In this document: piece after piece, positions 48,856 to 60,760 of the stretch
Layout of the letters: every line of letters begins with the position of its first letter
Numbering within the stretch: position 1 is the first letter of the stretch
Assembly (NCBI GenBank): GCA_900553035.1
Contig: USCC01000002.1
Coordinates: 5,514 to 69,513 of the forward strand
DNA: 64,000 nucleotides
From: an uncultured Rhodospirillaceae bacterium
GTDB taxonomy: Bacteria; Pseudomonadota; Alphaproteobacteria; CAAGCB01; CAG-977
Direction of reading: 5' to 3'
The notes under the pieces: model-generated
The model's database searches: none
Told to the model about the DNA's origin: nothing
What the model saw: the letters and a program-made list of their open reading frames with translations, nothing else
Made by a program: the position numbers and the translations under genes

Positions 48856-49788
48856 ATGAAAATTTTCTCGGGTAACAGCAATCTTCCTTTTGCGCAGGCT
48901 GTCGCCAACTACATGGATACGTCGCTGTCGAAAATTTCGGTCCGCCGTTTCGCCGACAACGAAATATTTGTTGAAATTCAGGAAACTGTCCGCGGTCAGG
49001 ACGTTTTCATTGTCCAGCCGACAAGTTCTCCGGTGAACGACAATCTGATGGAGCTGCTGGTCATGCTGGACACCTTCCGGCGCAGTTCGGCTCGCCGTAT
49101 TACGGCGGTGGTGCCGTATTTCGGATACGCCCGTCAGGACCGCCGTACCGCGCCACGGACGCCGATTTCGTCAAAGCTGGTCGCCAACCTGATCACTTCG
49201 GCCGGCGCCAACCGGGTGGTGACAATGGATCTTCACGCCGGTCAGATTCAGGGATTTTTTGATATTCCGGTTGACAATTTGATGGCGGCGCCCGCCATGG
49301 TCAAGGACATCATGTTCCATTACCGTGACAAAACGCCGATGATTGTTTCACCGGACGTCGGCGGCGTTGTGCGCGCCCGGACGATTGCGAAACGTCTTCA
49401 TGCCGATCTGGCCATCATTGACAAGCGCCGCGAACGCGCCGGTGTTTCCGAAGTCATGAACATCATTGGTGAAGTCGAAGGACAGGACTGCATTCTGGTC
49501 GACGATATTGTCGATTCGGCAGGGACGCTCTGCAATGCGGCGGAGGCTCTGATCAAGGCGGGAGCCATGTCGGTGCAGGCGTATGTCACGCACGGCGTTC
49601 TGTCCGGCGATGCTGTTAAACGTGTGGCGGCATCCCCGCTGGAAGCTCTGGTCATTACGGACAGCATTGCGCCGACGGCCGAAGTTCTGGCAACGAAAAA
49701 CATCCGCATCCTGTCCGTCGCCGATCTGGTCGGCGAGTCGATTCTGCGCATCAGCGAAGAACGCTCGGTGACCAGCCTGTTTTACTGA
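48856..49788 (+). CDS. prs: Ribose-phosphate pyrophosphokinase
   Basis: PRPP-binding motif (DIVDSAGT) and the prs-rplY-pth-ychF cluster. Confidence 0.95.
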   Translation: MKIFSGNSNLPFAQAVANYMDTSLSKISVRRFADNEIFVEIQETVRGQDVFIVQPTSSPVNDNLMELLVMLDTFRRSSARRITAVVPYFGYARQDRRTAPRTPISSKLVANLITSAGANRVVTMDLHAGQIQGFFDIPVDNLMAAPAMVKDIMFHYRDKTPMIVSPDVGGVVRARTIAKRLHADLAIIDKRRERAGVSEVMNIIGEVEGQDCILVDDIVDSAGTLCNAAEALIKAGAMSVQAYVTHGVLSGDAVKRVAASPLEALVITDSIAPTAEVLATKNIRILSVADLVGESILRISEERSVTSLFY

Positions 49789-49908
49789 GAAGACTCTTGC
49801 TCTTCGCATCGGAACGGTGTAAACAGTCATAGTTTCCCTTTGTCGGGAAAACGATCCGGGCACCCCTGGAGGCCGGATCGACCGTATCACTTAACAAGGA
49901 TTTTTATT

Positions 49909-50550
49909 ATGGCAAAAATTACTTCTCTTCGCGTTAACGAACGCAATGTGGCAGGTAAGGGGGCCGCACGCGCCGAACGCCGCGCCGGTTTGATTCCCGG
50001 TGTTATCTACGGGGAAAAGAAAGCTCCGATCATGTTCTCCATCCCGGCTCTGGATCTGGACGCGCAGATGCGTCAGAAAGGTTTCTGGACGCGCCAGTTT
50101 GAAATCGAAGTCGGCAAGCAGAAATGCCACGCCATCTGTCAGGATGTTCAGACGGATCCCATTTCCGATCGCCCCGTTCATGTTGACTTCCTGCGCGTTT
50201 CCGACAACACGGAAATCGTCATCGAAGTCCCCGTCATGTACGAAAACGAACTGGCCTGCCCGGGCATCAAGCTGGGCGGTACGCTGAACGCGATTTACCG
50301 CGTGATCGAAGTGAGCTGCAAACCGAAAGATATTCCGGAAACTCTGTTCGTTGACCTGACGGGCCTGGAAATCAACGACGTCGTCAAGATGTCGGATATC
50401 AAGTTCCCCGCAGGCGTCAAGCCGGTTGAAGAGGAAGACGTTACAATCGCTTCCATCGCGGCGCCGTCAACGGCAGAAGAAGAAGCTCCGGCCGAAGCGG
50501 CGGATGCGGCGGCGGCTCCGGCGGCCGGTACGGCATCGTCGGCTTCTTAA
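49909..50550 (+). CDS. rplY: 50S ribosomal protein L25 / general stress protein Ctc
   Basis: L25 N-terminal domain ([11 protein letters not shown]) plus a Ctc-like extension with an A/E-rich tail. Confidence 0.92.
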   Translation: MAKITSLRVNERNVAGKGAARAERRAGLIPGVIYGEKKAPIMFSIPALDLDAQMRQKGFWTRQFEIEVGKQKCHAICQDVQTDPISDRPVHVDFLRVSDNTEIVIEVPVMYENELACPGIKLGGTLNAIYRVIEVSCKPKDIPETLFVDLTGLEINDVVKMSDIKFPAGVKPVEEEDVTIASIAAPSTAEEEAPAEAADAAAAPAAGTASSAS

Positions 50551-50566
50551 GCGCAAGGGACGGCCG

Positions 50567-51142
50567 ATGTTTTTAATCGTTGGTCTTGGTAATCCGGGAT
50601 CGGAATATAGGAACAATCGGCACAATATAGGCTTTATGGCGGCGGACGAGCTGGTCCGCCGCTATAATTTTACGCCGTGGCGCTCACGCTTCAGCGGCGA
50701 AACGGCGGAGGGGACGATTGACGGGGAAAAAGTGCTGGTTCTGAAACCCCTGACTTTCATGAACAATTCGGGACAGGCGGTTCGGGCGGCCATGGATTTT
50801 TACAAGCTTCCCGTCGGAAACGTCATCGTCATTCACGACGAGTTGGATATTCCCGTCGGTAAGATCAAAGCAAAAACCGGCGGCGGTGCCGGCGGGCACA
50901 ACGGCTTGAAAAGCATTGATGCTCACTGTACACCGCAGTACGCCCGCATCCGCATCGGCATCGGCCATCCGGGTGATAAAAATCTTGTCGTCCCGTACGT
51001 CCTGTCCGACGTGCCTAAGGCAGACCGGCAGGTACTGGACTCCGAACTGGAAGACGTGGCCGAAGCTCTTCCGGTTCTTTTAAAGGAAGGGACGGGCGGC
51101 TTTACAGGCCGGCTGGCTCTGATGCATTCAAGGAAAGGATAA
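50567..51142 (+). CDS. pth: Peptidyl-tRNA hydrolase
   Basis: [14 protein letters not shown] and GHNG motifs. Confidence 0.95.
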   Translation: MFLIVGLGNPGSEYRNNRHNIGFMAADELVRRYNFTPWRSRFSGETAEGTIDGEKVLVLKPLTFMNNSGQAVRAAMDFYKLPVGNVIVIHDELDIPVGKIKAKTGGGAGGHNGLKSIDAHCTPQYARIRIGIGHPGDKNLVVPYVLSDVPKADRQVLDSELEDVAEALPVLLKEGTGGFTGRLALMHSRKG

Positions 51143-51148
51143 AAAGAC

Positions 51149-52252
51149 ATGGGATTCAACTGCGGCATCGTCGGACTGCCGAACGTCGGCAAATCAACTT
51201 TGTTCAACGCCCTGACGTCCACAATGGCGGCGCAGGCGGCAAATTATCCTTTCTGTACCATTGAACCGAACGTCGGCCGAGTCGCCGTTCCTGACGAACG
51301 GCTGGAAAAGCTTTCGGCGCTGGCAAAATCGCAGAAGACGATTCATACACAGCTGGAATTTGTCGATATTGCGGGTCTTGTGCGCGGCGCGTCCAGAGGC
51401 GAGGGGCTGGGCAACCAGTTTCTGGCCAACATCCGCGAAGTTGATGCCGTCGTCCATGTTCTGCGCTGTTTTGAAAACGGCGATATTACCCATGTCGAAG
51501 GATCGATCGACCCGGTGCGCGATGCGGAAACGATTGAAACCGAACTGATGCTGGCCGATCTGGAAAGCCTGGAACGCCGAATCGTGCCGATTGAAAAGAA
51601 AGCAAAATCCGGTGAAAAAGACGCCAAAGTCCAGATGTCGGTCATGGAGCCGGTGCTGGAAGCGCTGAAGGCCGGAAAACCGGCGCGTTCGGTGTCTTTT
51701 GACGATGAAGAGCGGCAGAAAATTTACCACCAGCTTTTTCTCCTGACAGCCAAGCCGATTCTGTACGTCTGCAATGTTGACGAAGCGTCGGCGGCGACGG
51801 GAAACGCTTTTTCCGAAAAGGTGTTCGAACGTGCGGAAAAGGAAGGAAACCAGGCTGTCGTTATCTCTGCGGCCATTGAAGCGGAAGTCGCACTTCTGAA
51901 CGACCCCGAAGAACAGAAGGTTTTCCTGGAGGATCTGGGGCTTCAGGAAACAGGCCTGAACCGTGTTATTCATGCGGGGTACCGCCTGCTTGACCTGAAA
52001 ACGTTCTTTACGGTCGGTCCCAAGGAAGCCCGGGCGTGGACGATCCGGTCAGGTATGCTTGCGCCCCAGGCGGCGGGCGTCATCCATACCGATTTTGAAA
52101 AAGGCTTTATCCGGGCCGAAGTCATTTCCTGCGACGATTTCATTTCCTGCGGCAGCGAAGCCCGCGCCCGTGAACTCGGGAAGCTTCGTTCCGAAGGCAA
52201 AACCTATGAAATGCAGGACGGCGATATCTGCCATTTCCTGTTCAATGTTTAG
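51149..52252 (+). CDS. ychF: Ribosome-binding ATPase YchF
   Basis: Obg-family G motifs (GLPNVGKST), a TGS domain and 367 aa. Confidence 0.95.
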   Translation: MGFNCGIVGLPNVGKSTLFNALTSTMAAQAANYPFCTIEPNVGRVAVPDERLEKLSALAKSQKTIHTQLEFVDIAGLVRGASRGEGLGNQFLANIREVDAVVHVLRCFENGDITHVEGSIDPVRDAETIETELMLADLESLERRIVPIEKKAKSGEKDAKVQMSVMEPVLEALKAGKPARSVSFDDEERQKIYHQLFLLTAKPILYVCNVDEASAATGNAFSEKVFERAEKEGNQAVVISAAIEAEVALLNDPEEQKVFLEDLGLQETGLNRVIHAGYRLLDLKTFFTVGPKEARAWTIRSGMLAPQAAGVIHTDFEKGFIRAEVISCDDFISCGSEARARELGKLRSEGKTYEMQDGDICHFLFNV

Positions 52253-52261
52253 GAACAGGTG

Positions 52262-52720
52262 ATGCGTCTGGCGCTGTATGAACCGGATATTCCTCAGAAT
52301 ACGGGGACGCTTCTGCGCCTGGCCGCGTGTTTTGATCTGCCGGTCGATATTATTGAACCGTGCGGCTTTATCCTTGATGATAAACGGATGCGCCGCGCGG
52401 GAATGGATTATCTGGATATGGTGCGTGTTTCGCGTCACGATTCGTGGGAAGACTTTTTCCGGCAGCACATGGGACGGATCGTTCTTCTGACAACCGGAGG
52501 GCATTTATCGCATGTACATTTCAAGTTCCGAAAGGATGACATTCTCCTTCTGGGCCGTGAAAGCGCCGGCGTCCCCGAAAACGTACATCAGATCGCCGAC
52601 GCCGAAGTCCGTATCCCCATGCGCCCCGAAGCGCGGTCAATCAATGTCGCGGTTGCCGGTGCGATCGTGCTGGGGGAAGCTCTGCGGCAGACGGGGGGCT
52701 TTGACGGCCTGTGCGTCTGA
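52262..52720 (+). CDS. trmL: tRNA (cytidine/uridine34-2'-O)-methyltransferase TrmL (SpoU family)
   Basis: SPOUT fold with the NTGTLLRLA and GRESAGVP motifs. Confidence 0.88.
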   Translation: MRLALYEPDIPQNTGTLLRLAACFDLPVDIIEPCGFILDDKRMRRAGMDYLDMVRVSRHDSWEDFFRQHMGRIVLLTTGGHLSHVHFKFRKDDILLLGRESAGVPENVHQIADAEVRIPMRPEARSINVAVAGAIVLGEALRQTGGFDGLCV

Positions 52721-52723
52721 GGC

Positions 52724-54814
52724 TTATCGCCCGGCATTCCTTTTCAGCAGAGCCGTGCTGAGAACCGTGGAAGCCTTGTTTTCGGATGAAGCTTTTGGCT
52801 TTACGGAAATAAGCTGAGCCAGTTTTTTTCTTTCCGCCGGGCGGACGGGTTTTCCGGCCGCGGCGGAGTTCTGAATGACGGTAGCCATGCCCTCGTAAAG
52901 CGGTATGAATTCCGGCGCGGCGCGTTTTTCATCCACACTGATTTTCAGCGCCGAGGCATCGGCCGGGGTCTGCGTGCTTTCGGAAGTCATGATCACCCGG
53001 TTGAGAACATTGACGACGTTTTCCAGACTTCCCGCACACAGAGGCTTTGAAAACAGGAAATCGGGTTCAACGGTGCATCCTTTTTCCGGATGAACGAAGT
53101 GCAGAATATCTGCGCCGCTTAAAGGCGGTTTTCCGCGGGAACGGCCATGGCCGATGAGTCCGGCGAAAAGCATGTGCTCTCCTTCGTAAACGGCGGCCAG
53201 ATTTTCACTGTTCCAGGCTTTGAAGGCGTTTCCCCATGCTTTTTCCCTGTCGTGCGACACCTGCATTTCGTCAGCGTAGCTTTGATAGATACAGGGATGG
53301 TAAGAGGAAGATTCCGGAAAATAAGGATTGATTTCGTAATTAAAAGCGGCTTCGGCGGCACAGGCCCCGGCTTCAATGGCTCGCTGATAGGCCAGCCCGG
53401 ACAGCGCATCCATACGGTCGTATTCCGTCCGGAAGCTCTGAAGCATGTGTTCTCCTTCATGGCGCAGAACACCGGCGATCTGGGCCGGTGTTCCCACCGG
53501 CCGCAGACAAATGGCGTTTGCGGCGGCATTGTACATCCCCACCGATTTTTCTCCCAGGTCGGAGGCGTCAAAAGAGATGGAACAGTTCCGTTCGGATATG
53601 TTTTCAAGGAGCTTCCGGCCGTCTTCCGTCATCTCCAGAATTTTGAGCATTTTTTCAAATTTTTCCTGATTCGCCGGGCTGTCCGTTCCTTCTTTTGTCT
53701 GAGCAAAAGCGTCTTGCAGAACGCGGCGCGGCCCCTGTTCGGCGGCGGCTTTTCGGGCTTCTTCGGCCAGGGCCAGCGCCCGGTCGGTTGTCAGGCCGGC
53801 GGCCACGGCCTTTTTGAATGCGCGGTAATCGGCATCGGCGATAACGGCTTTTTCAAAATTCGGATTTTCAGTGACAAAAGCGAATTTTTCCCGAAGGACG
53901 TCCTGATGCTGCGGCCGTCCTTCCATTATGTTCCGGCGTTCCACCGCCCGCTGGAGGATTTCAAGCGCGATTTCTTCCGAAGACGCCGACAGATTCAGGG
54001 AAATCGACGCCGTATTTTTCATTTCTCCCCTGTACGTGTATTCTTTTTCCCTGACGCCGGCTCCGGCCAGATTTTCCAGAGCCTTTCGCCCGGCTTCACT
54101 GTTTTCGATCAGGTAAAGAGCCACGTCAAGGTTTGAACGGATGGATTGCGAGTCCTGCGGATTTTCCCGGTCAAGAAAACGAACCGCATGAAGGAACATC
54201 TGATGGGGCCGTTTCTGGATTTCGCGTTCCTCTGCCAGAAGCAGAGCGTGGAAAACAGCCGGAGATCCGGCGCTTTTCCGATCCTTTTCCTTTATGTTGC
54301 CCGGGGGTACAAAGCCCAGCCGGTATGCCATGATTTTATAATTCGCATTTGCCTGAGCTGTCAGTTCGGCCTTGGCTTCGGGCGAATCAATGTTCCGCCC
54401 TTTCGTCTGCATGTCAACGGCGGCCAGAGCGTAGGTCATTTCCCGGATGAGACGCGCGGCCCCTTCTTTGTTTTCCGGGCTCGGGCCATCGCCGTTTCTG
54501 TGCGCAAGGAAGGAAGCCAGACAGATCTGACGCCGGCCGATATCGATTCTTTCGGCGGCGCGGGCACTGAAATGAAAGCAGGGTTTCCGCTTTTCCTGTC
54601 GTTTTTCCTGATATGCGGCCATTTTTTCCAGAACGGCGCGGCCTTCGGGTATTGTGTCCGCGATTTTCAGGATGTTTTCAAAATCCGCTGTCGAGACCTC
54701 GGCATCCGGATGGAAATAACGGATCATTTTCATATATGCCGGCCCGGCGGCCGCTGTCGGTCTTTCCGTCTCTCGGGACTGATGAAAAAAGGAAAGCTTA
54801 TCGGTGTCCGTCAT
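52724..54814 (-). CDS. Large hypothetical protein (696 aa) with an HEGEH (HExxH) motif and internal repeats
   Basis: No signal peptide or TM segment. HEGEH sits at about residues 452-456. Three copies of a GRKxLEN-type motif are present (residues 54-66, 231-250, 389-408). No family was recognised. Confidence 0.55.
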   Translation of the reverse strand: MTDTDKLSFFHQSRETERPTAAAGPAYMKMIRYFHPDAEVSTADFENILKIADTIPEGRAVLEKMAAYQEKRQEKRKPCFHFSARAAERIDIGRRQICLASFLAHRNGDGPSPENKEGAARLIREMTYALAAVDMQTKGRNIDSPEAKAELTAQANANYKIMAYRLGFVPPGNIKEKDRKSAGSPAVFHALLLAEEREIQKRPHQMFLHAVRFLDRENPQDSQSIRSNLDVALYLIENSEAGRKALENLAGAGVREKEYTYRGEMKNTASISLNLSASSEEIALEILQRAVERRNIMEGRPQHQDVLREKFAFVTENPNFEKAVIADADYRAFKKAVAAGLTTDRALALAEEARKAAAEQGPRRVLQDAFAQTKEGTDSPANQEKFEKMLKILEMTEDGRKLLENISERNCSISFDASDLGEKSVGMYNAAANAICLRPVGTPAQIAGVLRHEGEHMLQSFRTEYDRMDALSGLAYQRAIEAGACAAEAAFNYEINPYFPESSSYHPCIYQSYADEMQVSHDREKAWGNAFKAWNSENLAAVYEGEHMLFAGLIGHGRSRGKPPLSGADILHFVHPEKGCTVEPDFLFSKPLCAGSLENVVNVLNRVIMTSESTQTPADASALKISVDEKRAAPEFIPLYEGMATVIQNSAAAGKPVRPAERKKLAQLISVKPKASSENKASTVLSTALLKRNAGR

Positions 54815-54944
54815 GGCTGTGTTTCCCGCGGTAAAAAAGGAAAGAATAAAGAGCCGGAAGGAAAGGATGAAGTTTTAAAGGAGCGGCTCTTTTGCTTCAA
54901 TTAAGCATTATTTTAGACGAAATTTTAAAAAATTTCAATCCTCT

Positions 54945-55607
54945 TTAACGGCGTTCTCCGAACAGGGCGGAACCGACGCGGATGAATGTTGCACCCTGCT
55001 GGATGGCGAGGGGATAATCGTCGCTCATGCCCATGCTGAGTTCCTTCAGCCCGGCTCCGCGCGCCAGCTTTTTCAGGAAAGCAAAATGCGGCGCGGGTTC
55101 TTCTTTGGCAGGAGGAATGCACATCAGCCCGATGATGTTCAATCCGTACGTTTCGCGGCATTCGCGGACGAAAGCGGCGGTTTCGGCCGGCGCGATTCCC
55201 GATTTCTGCGGTTCTTCGCCGGTGTTGACCTGAACAAAACAGGGCAGGGGACGGTTCTGCCTTTTCATTTCGGCCGCAAGTTTTTCAGCCAGTTCGGGAC
55301 GGTCAACGGATTCGATGACGTCAAAAAGGGCGACGGCGTCTCGGGCCTTGTTTGTTTGCAGGCCGCCGATCAGATGAAGCCGGACGTCGGGAAATTTTTC
55401 TTTGAGGGCAGGCCATTTTTCACGGGCTTCCTGCACGCGGTTTTCCCCGAAAACGCGGTGCCCGGCTTCCAGCAGAGGAAGGATTTTATCGGCAGCGTGT
55501 GTTTTTGTAACGGCAACCAGCGTCACATCCTGCGGACGTTGACCCGAATCTTTTGCGGCCTGTGCGGCGGTGGCGGTGACTTCGGCGTAATTTTCCCTGA
55601 TATCCAT
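54945..55607 (-). CDS. yggS: YggS family pyridoxal-phosphate homeostasis protein
   Basis: Alanine-racemase N-terminal-like fold with VAVTKTH (PLP lysine) and HLIGGLQ. Confidence 0.9.
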   Translation of the reverse strand: MDIRENYAEVTATAAQAAKDSGQRPQDVTLVAVTKTHAADKILPLLEAGHRVFGENRVQEAREKWPALKEKFPDVRLHLIGGLQTNKARDAVALFDVIESVDRPELAEKLAAEMKRQNRPLPCFVQVNTGEEPQKSGIAPAETAAFVRECRETYGLNIIGLMCIPPAKEEPAPHFAFLKKLARGAGLKELSMGMSDDYPLAIQQGATFIRVGSALFGERR

Positions 55608-55677
55608 ACGATTCTCCCGGGTTTCATAAAAAAGAGCGGTTTTTCCAACCGCTCTTTTGTACCTCATTCCGTCCGGT

Positions 55678-56883
55678 TTAGAAAGCCAGACTCATACCTG
55701 TGGCGACAGCGACGCCTTCGTTGCTCCGTCCGCGAGCCCGATCCGCCGAATCATACTCGACGTAGGCGACGTTGACGAACGTATCAACACCCGCGCCCAG
55801 CTTGTATTTGCCGGCGACCTGATACATGCTGAATTCGTCCTTGCCCTGTTGGCGGACATTATTGACGCGGGACTGCAGGTAGTTGACGCTGGTTTCAACC
55901 GGGCCGAACACATAGCTGACGCCCGCGTCCCAGACGTGGCCTTCAAATTCGCGCATGTCCAGCGGCGCATCAACATAGCGGTAGGAGCCGCCGACCGTCC
56001 AGTTGCCCATACCGACATTGATACCGCCGGCATATTCCTGAATCCGTTTGGATCCCGGCTGAAAGAACGTATTTGTCAGCGGATCGGCAAATGTGAAATT
56101 CGGTTTATAGGAAGCGTACGACAGGCTGGCGTCCAGATTGAATCGTCCGAAATCGCCCTGATACAGGCCGACGCCGACAAATCCGTTGCGGAACGTCCGT
56201 TCTTTGCTGTTACCGGAGATCGGGAACAACAGGTTGTTGCTGTCCTGGCCCTTTGTGTTGTTGCCGGGCAGAAGGCTGACGGCGGCGGTGAAACCGGCAA
56301 AGGTCGGCGTAATATAAGACACTTTGGTCGAAACGTCGTCAAACGTCGCATACGTCGCGTCATAGTGATTGAAGCCGGCCGGCATGATGACCATACGGTC
56401 AAAATCTGTTTCCTGAACCCCGATCGTGCTGACGTTCGGAGAGGTGACAGCCATCTGATAGGCGACGTTCTTGACGTTTCCGACGATGATACGGCCGATG
56501 CCGGAATCGACGGTGACATAGGTCTGGTCAACCGCGTTCGTGTCCGTGTCGGGATCCGTACCGGCGCGCAACTGAACCATGGCGCCGATCTTCATGCCGT
56601 TGTCAAGGACGGTTGAACCGGAAAAATAGATTTCGGCGCTGCCCATAACATCAAAGCTGTTGTACTTGCCGATCGGTACAAGCATGTCCGTTCCGGCAAA
56701 ATTGACAAGGGTTGACCTTTTCTGATTGGCATAGGTGCCGTACCAGTTCATGTAACCGCCCAGCTCAAGCTGAATCGGCGAAGACGGTTCGGCGGGCTGT
56801 TTCCGGGCTTCCTGAGCCGAAGCCGTCGGAGCCGCGCCGCTCAAAGCCAGAAAGGCCGCAAGGGGGAGAAGGGTTTTTTTCAT
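55678..56883 (-). CDS. Outer-membrane porin of the alphaproteobacterial Omp2/RopA-like family
   Basis: Signal peptide (ALSGAAPTASAQE), alternating beta-strand pattern and a C-terminal ...GMSLAF with terminal Phe. Confidence 0.8.
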   Translation of the reverse strand: MKKTLLPLAAFLALSGAAPTASAQEARKQPAEPSSPIQLELGGYMNWYGTYANQKRSTLVNFAGTDMLVPIGKYNSFDVMGSAEIYFSGSTVLDNGMKIGAMVQLRAGTDPDTDTNAVDQTYVTVDSGIGRIIVGNVKNVAYQMAVTSPNVSTIGVQETDFDRMVIMPAGFNHYDATYATFDDVSTKVSYITPTFAGFTAAVSLLPGNNTKGQDSNNLLFPISGNSKERTFRNGFVGVGLYQGDFGRFNLDASLSYASYKPNFTFADPLTNTFFQPGSKRIQEYAGGINVGMGNWTVGGSYRYVDAPLDMREFEGHVWDAGVSYVFGPVETSVNYLQSRVNNVRQQGKDEFSMYQVAGKYKLGAGVDTFVNVAYVEYDSADRARGRSNEGVAVATGMSLAF

Positions 56884-57079
56884 GTCGTTTCCTTAAAAAT
56901 TCTAAATTTTTCTAAAATGTCAGCTTAAATATATTGTAGTGCTTTTGTAAATGAAAACTTAATCTGTCCTTTCCGCTATATGGAAACAACGGAAGACGGT
57001 TTTGTTTTTCTTAGGAAAAAAACGTAAAGTATGCTATCACCTGAAAAGGTTTTTCCTGTCGAAATAAAGGGGTTTCCTC

Positions 57080-57619
57080 ATGTTGCGGCCATTTGGAACG
57101 TTGAATCCGTTTGTCCTTCCGTTGTTTTTCCTTTTGTGGGGATGTTCCGGCGCGCCGGTGGAATACAGGTATCCGGAAAAAGTGAAGGGGCGTTATGAAA
57201 TGCCCGGAGAACACCGGGATGCCGAAGAACAGGACAAGCTGTTCGGCAGTAAGGGGCTGAACCTGTTTTCCGAAGAAAAAGCACCGGAAAACGGCATCGG
57301 TGTCAATACGTTTTTATGGCAGGGGACGCTTGAAACGCTGTCCTTTATGCCGCTGGCATCCGCCGATCCGTTCGGGGGAGTTATCATTACGGACTGGTAT
57401 TCGCCGTCTGCCGCTCCGGACGAACGTTTTAAGGTCAACGCGCTGATCCTGACAAAATCATTGCGCGCGGACGGATTGAAAATTTCCGTTTTCCGGCAGG
57501 TGAAAAACGAAAAAGGCGTATGGATTGATACAAAAACCGATCCGGCTGTTGCACTTGAAATGGAAAATGCTATTCTGACCAGGGCGCGGCAAATCCGTCT
57601 GTCCGCCGCCGACCGCTAA
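57080..57619 (+). CDS. DUF3576-like lipoprotein
   Basis: Lipoprotein signal (LLWGCSG). The family is characteristically found upstream of leuS in Alphaproteobacteria. Confidence 0.65.
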   Translation: MLRPFGTLNPFVLPLFFLLWGCSGAPVEYRYPEKVKGRYEMPGEHRDAEEQDKLFGSKGLNLFSEEKAPENGIGVNTFLWQGTLETLSFMPLASADPFGGVIITDWYSPSAAPDERFKVNALILTKSLRADGLKISVFRQVKNEKGVWIDTKTDPAVALEMENAILTRARQIRLSAADR

Positions 57620-57642
57620 CCTTATTTATTGAAGGCCTTATC

Positions 57643-60222
57643 ATGACTGAAGAACGTTATAATTTCCGTACGACCGAAAAGAAATGGCAGGCTGCCTGGG
57701 AAGAAGCCAAAGCTTTTGAAGCCAAGCAGGAGGACGGGCGGCCGAAATACTACGCGCTGGAAATGTTCCCCTATCCGTCGGGAAAAATTCACATGGGACA
57801 CGTCCGGAATTATACGCAGGGCGACGTGATCGCCCGCTTTAAAACGGCGCAGGGATTCAATGTCCTGCATCCGATGGGATGGGATTCCTTCGGCCTTCCG
57901 GCGGAAAACGCGGCAATCAAACATAATGTCCATCCGTCAAAATGGACGCGCGAAAACATTGCGAACATGCGCGAGGAAATGAAGCGGATGGGGCTGGCCA
58001 TTGACTGGAGCCGGGAAGTGTCCACCTGTGAACCGGAATATTACCGGCACGAACAGAAGATGTTCCTTGATTTCCTGAAAAAAGGGCTGGCCTACCGGAA
58101 GGATTCCTGGGTGAACTGGGATCCGGTGGAAATGACGGTTCTGGCCAATGAGCAGGTTGTCGACGGCAAGGGATGGCGTTCCGGCGTTCCCGTTGAACGG
58201 CGCAAGCTGTCGCAATGGTCGCTGAAAATCACGCAGTACGCCGACGAGCTTTTGGAAGGCCTCAAAACGCTTGACGGATGGCCGGAAAAGGTGCGGACGA
58301 TGCAGGAAAACTGGATCGGCAAATCGTACGGCGCTTATCTGTATTTCCCTGTGAAGGGACGCGATGACACGCTTGAGGTCTTTACGACGCGGGCGGACAC
58401 GCTCTTTGGCGCTTCCTTCTGTGCAATTTCCGCACAGCATCCGATTGCCCGGGAACTGGCCGAAACAAATCCCGATCTGGCCGCGTTCATCAAGGAATGC
58501 GAAGCGCTGGGCACCAGTGTCGCAACGATTGAAGCCGCGGAAAAGAAAGGTTTCGACACCGGGCTGAAAGTCATGCATCCCTTCCCCGAAGAATTCAAGG
58601 CGCTGGGCGGCAATCCGGAACTGCCGCTGTATGTGGCGAACTTTGTCCTGATGGAATACGGCACGGGCGCGATTTTCGCGTGCCCGGCGCATGACCAGCG
58701 CGACCTTGATTTCGCCCGCAAGTACGGCCTGCCCGTTCGTGTCGTCGTGGCGCATAAAGATGAAGGCGTTCCCGAAGTCACGGAGACAGCGTTCGACGAC
58801 ATCGACGACGGCGTCGCGGTTAATTCCGCTTTTCTGGACGGCCTGAGCACGAAAGAGGCGATTCCCGCCATGATTAAAAAGCTGGAGGAAATCGGCCGCG
58901 GCCGGGCGACAGTACAGTACCGTCTGCGCGACTGGGGTGTTTCGCGCCAGCGTTACTGGGGATGCCCGATTCCGGTCATCCACTGTGAACACTGCGGCAT
59001 CGTTCCCGTGCCGGAGGAAGATCTGCCCGTCACGTTGCCCGAAGACGTTTCCTTTGACAGGCCGGGCAATCCTCTGGAACATCACCCGACGTGGAAGCAC
59101 ACGACCTGTCCGTCCTGCGGCCAGCCGGCACTGCGCGAAACGGATACGTTTGACACGTTTTTTGAATCCTCCTGGTATTTCGCGCGTTTCTGTGCGCCGC
59201 ACGAAGCCGACCGTCCGTTCACCCGTGAAGCCGTTGATAAATGGCTTCCCGTGGATCAGTACATCGGCGGGATTGAACACGCGGTTCTGCATCTGCTGTA
59301 TGCCCGTTTCTTTACCCGCGCTCTGCGGGACTGCGGCTACCTGAGCGTTTCCGAGCCGTTTAAAGGGCTGTTTACGCAGGGAATGGTCTGTCACGAAACC
59401 TATAAGGATCAGAACGGCAACTGGCTTTTCCCGACGGAAGTTGAAAAGAAGCCCGATGGTACGGCGATTCGGATTTCGGACGGGACGCCGGTCCGCGTCG
59501 GCCGATCCGAAAAAATGAGCAAGTCAAAGTACAATCTGGTCGATCCGGAAACGATTCTCAACACATACGGCGCCGACGCGGCCCGTGTGTTCATGCTTTC
59601 CGACACACCGCCGGAACGCGATCTGGAATGGACCGAAGCCGGGATTGACGGGGCGTGGCGTTATGTCAACCGTCTGTGGCGTCTGGCGCTTTCGTGCCCC
59701 GAAGCCCTTCCCGAACCGGGCGAGCTGTCCGCGGCGGCGGCAAAGCTGGTTCGCCTGACGCACCGCACGATTGCAGCGGTGACGGACGATATGGAAAAGC
59801 TCCGTTTCAACGTTGCTCTGGCTCGTCTGCGCGAACTGACGAACGCCATCGCGGAGACCAAACCGACGGATGACGCCGACCGCTGGGCCGTGCGCTTTGC
59901 TTTTGAAACACTGGTTCGTCTGTTGTCGCCGATTACGCCGCATCTGGCCGAAGAAATGTGGCAGATGCTGGGACACGGCGATCTTCTGGCGACGTATTCA
60001 TGGCCGGTGGCCGATGCTTCGCTCCTGCATGACGATACCGTCACGGTCGCTGTCCAGGTTCAGGGCAAGCTCCGCGGCACGGTCGAACTGCCCAAGGATA
60101 CGGATGAGGAATCCGCCCGGGCGGCGGCTCTGGCTCTTCCGACCGTTCAGGCGCAAATCGAAGGAAAAACCGTCCGGAAGGTCATTGTTGTAAAGAACAA
60201 GATTATCAATGTCGTGGTTTAA
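57643..60222 (+). CDS. leuS: Leucine--tRNA ligase
   Basis: HMGH and KMSKS motifs, 859 aa. Confidence 0.97.
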   Translation: MTEERYNFRTTEKKWQAAWEEAKAFEAKQEDGRPKYYALEMFPYPSGKIHMGHVRNYTQGDVIARFKTAQGFNVLHPMGWDSFGLPAENAAIKHNVHPSKWTRENIANMREEMKRMGLAIDWSREVSTCEPEYYRHEQKMFLDFLKKGLAYRKDSWVNWDPVEMTVLANEQVVDGKGWRSGVPVERRKLSQWSLKITQYADELLEGLKTLDGWPEKVRTMQENWIGKSYGAYLYFPVKGRDDTLEVFTTRADTLFGASFCAISAQHPIARELAETNPDLAAFIKECEALGTSVATIEAAEKKGFDTGLKVMHPFPEEFKALGGNPELPLYVANFVLMEYGTGAIFACPAHDQRDLDFARKYGLPVRVVVAHKDEGVPEVTETAFDDIDDGVAVNSAFLDGLSTKEAIPAMIKKLEEIGRGRATVQYRLRDWGVSRQRYWGCPIPVIHCEHCGIVPVPEEDLPVTLPEDVSFDRPGNPLEHHPTWKHTTCPSCGQPALRETDTFDTFFESSWYFARFCAPHEADRPFTREAVDKWLPVDQYIGGIEHAVLHLLYARFFTRALRDCGYLSVSEPFKGLFTQGMVCHETYKDQNGNWLFPTEVEKKPDGTAIRISDGTPVRVGRSEKMSKSKYNLVDPETILNTYGADAARVFMLSDTPPERDLEWTEAGIDGAWRYVNRLWRLALSCPEALPEPGELSAAAAKLVRLTHRTIAAVTDDMEKLRFNVALARLRELTNAIAETKPTDDADRWAVRFAFETLVRLLSPITPHLAEEMWQMLGHGDLLATYSWPVADASLLHDDTVTVAVQVQGKLRGTVELPKDTDEESARAAALALPTVQAQIEGKTVRKVIVVKNKIINVVV

Positions 60223-60760
60223 GAAATTCATCGCGGGAGCGGCTTTCCTTTTCCTGGCGTCATGCGGGTTCAAACCGCTGTACGTCGGGAACGGGACGGC
60301 GAATTCCGTTTCCGGAAGTCAGCTGGTTTCGGAGCTGTCATCCATTTTCATTGACGAAATTCCAAACCGCACGGGGCAACAGCTGCGCCGGACGCTTTTG
60401 GACCGCCTGACTCCGAAAGGGGATCCCGAAAGGCCGAAATACCGTCTGTCCGTTGTGCTGTCCGAATCTTCGATTTACCAGCAGGGCATCCGGCTGGACA
60501 ATCTGGCGACACGCTCGACAATGACGTATACGGCGACCTATACGCTCCGGACGTATCCCGAGGGAAAAGTGTTGCTGAACGACAAAACACTGGGCAAGGC
60601 CAGTTATAATATTCTGGAATCCCCCTATGCCACCGATGTGGCCGAAGAAAGCGCACGGGAACGCATCATGCGTATCCTGGGCGACAATATTTCCCTGCGT
60701 ATCTCGGCGTTTCTGAAAAGCCATGAAGCCGGCGCAAAAAAGGGAGATTCCGGAAAATGA
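60209..60760 (+). CDS. lptE: LPS-assembly lipoprotein LptE
   Basis: Lipobox FLASCGF. leuS-lptE-holA synteny with overlapping start and stop codons. Confidence 0.85.
   Translation: MSWFKKFIAGAAFLFLASCGFKPLYVGNGTANSVSGSQLVSELSSIFIDEIPNRTGQQLRRTLLDRLTPKGDPERPKYRLSVVLSESSIYQQGIRLDNLATRSTMTYTATYTLRTYPEGKVLLNDKTLGKASYNILESPYATDVAEESARERIMRILGDNISLRISAFLKSHEAGAKKGDSGK

Noticed and set aside
53147-54136. 329-aa plus-strand ORF antisense to the HExxH orphan gene
   Set aside because: Its composition is G/F/R-rich nonsense. The minus-strand frame has proper codon usage and amino-acid complexity.
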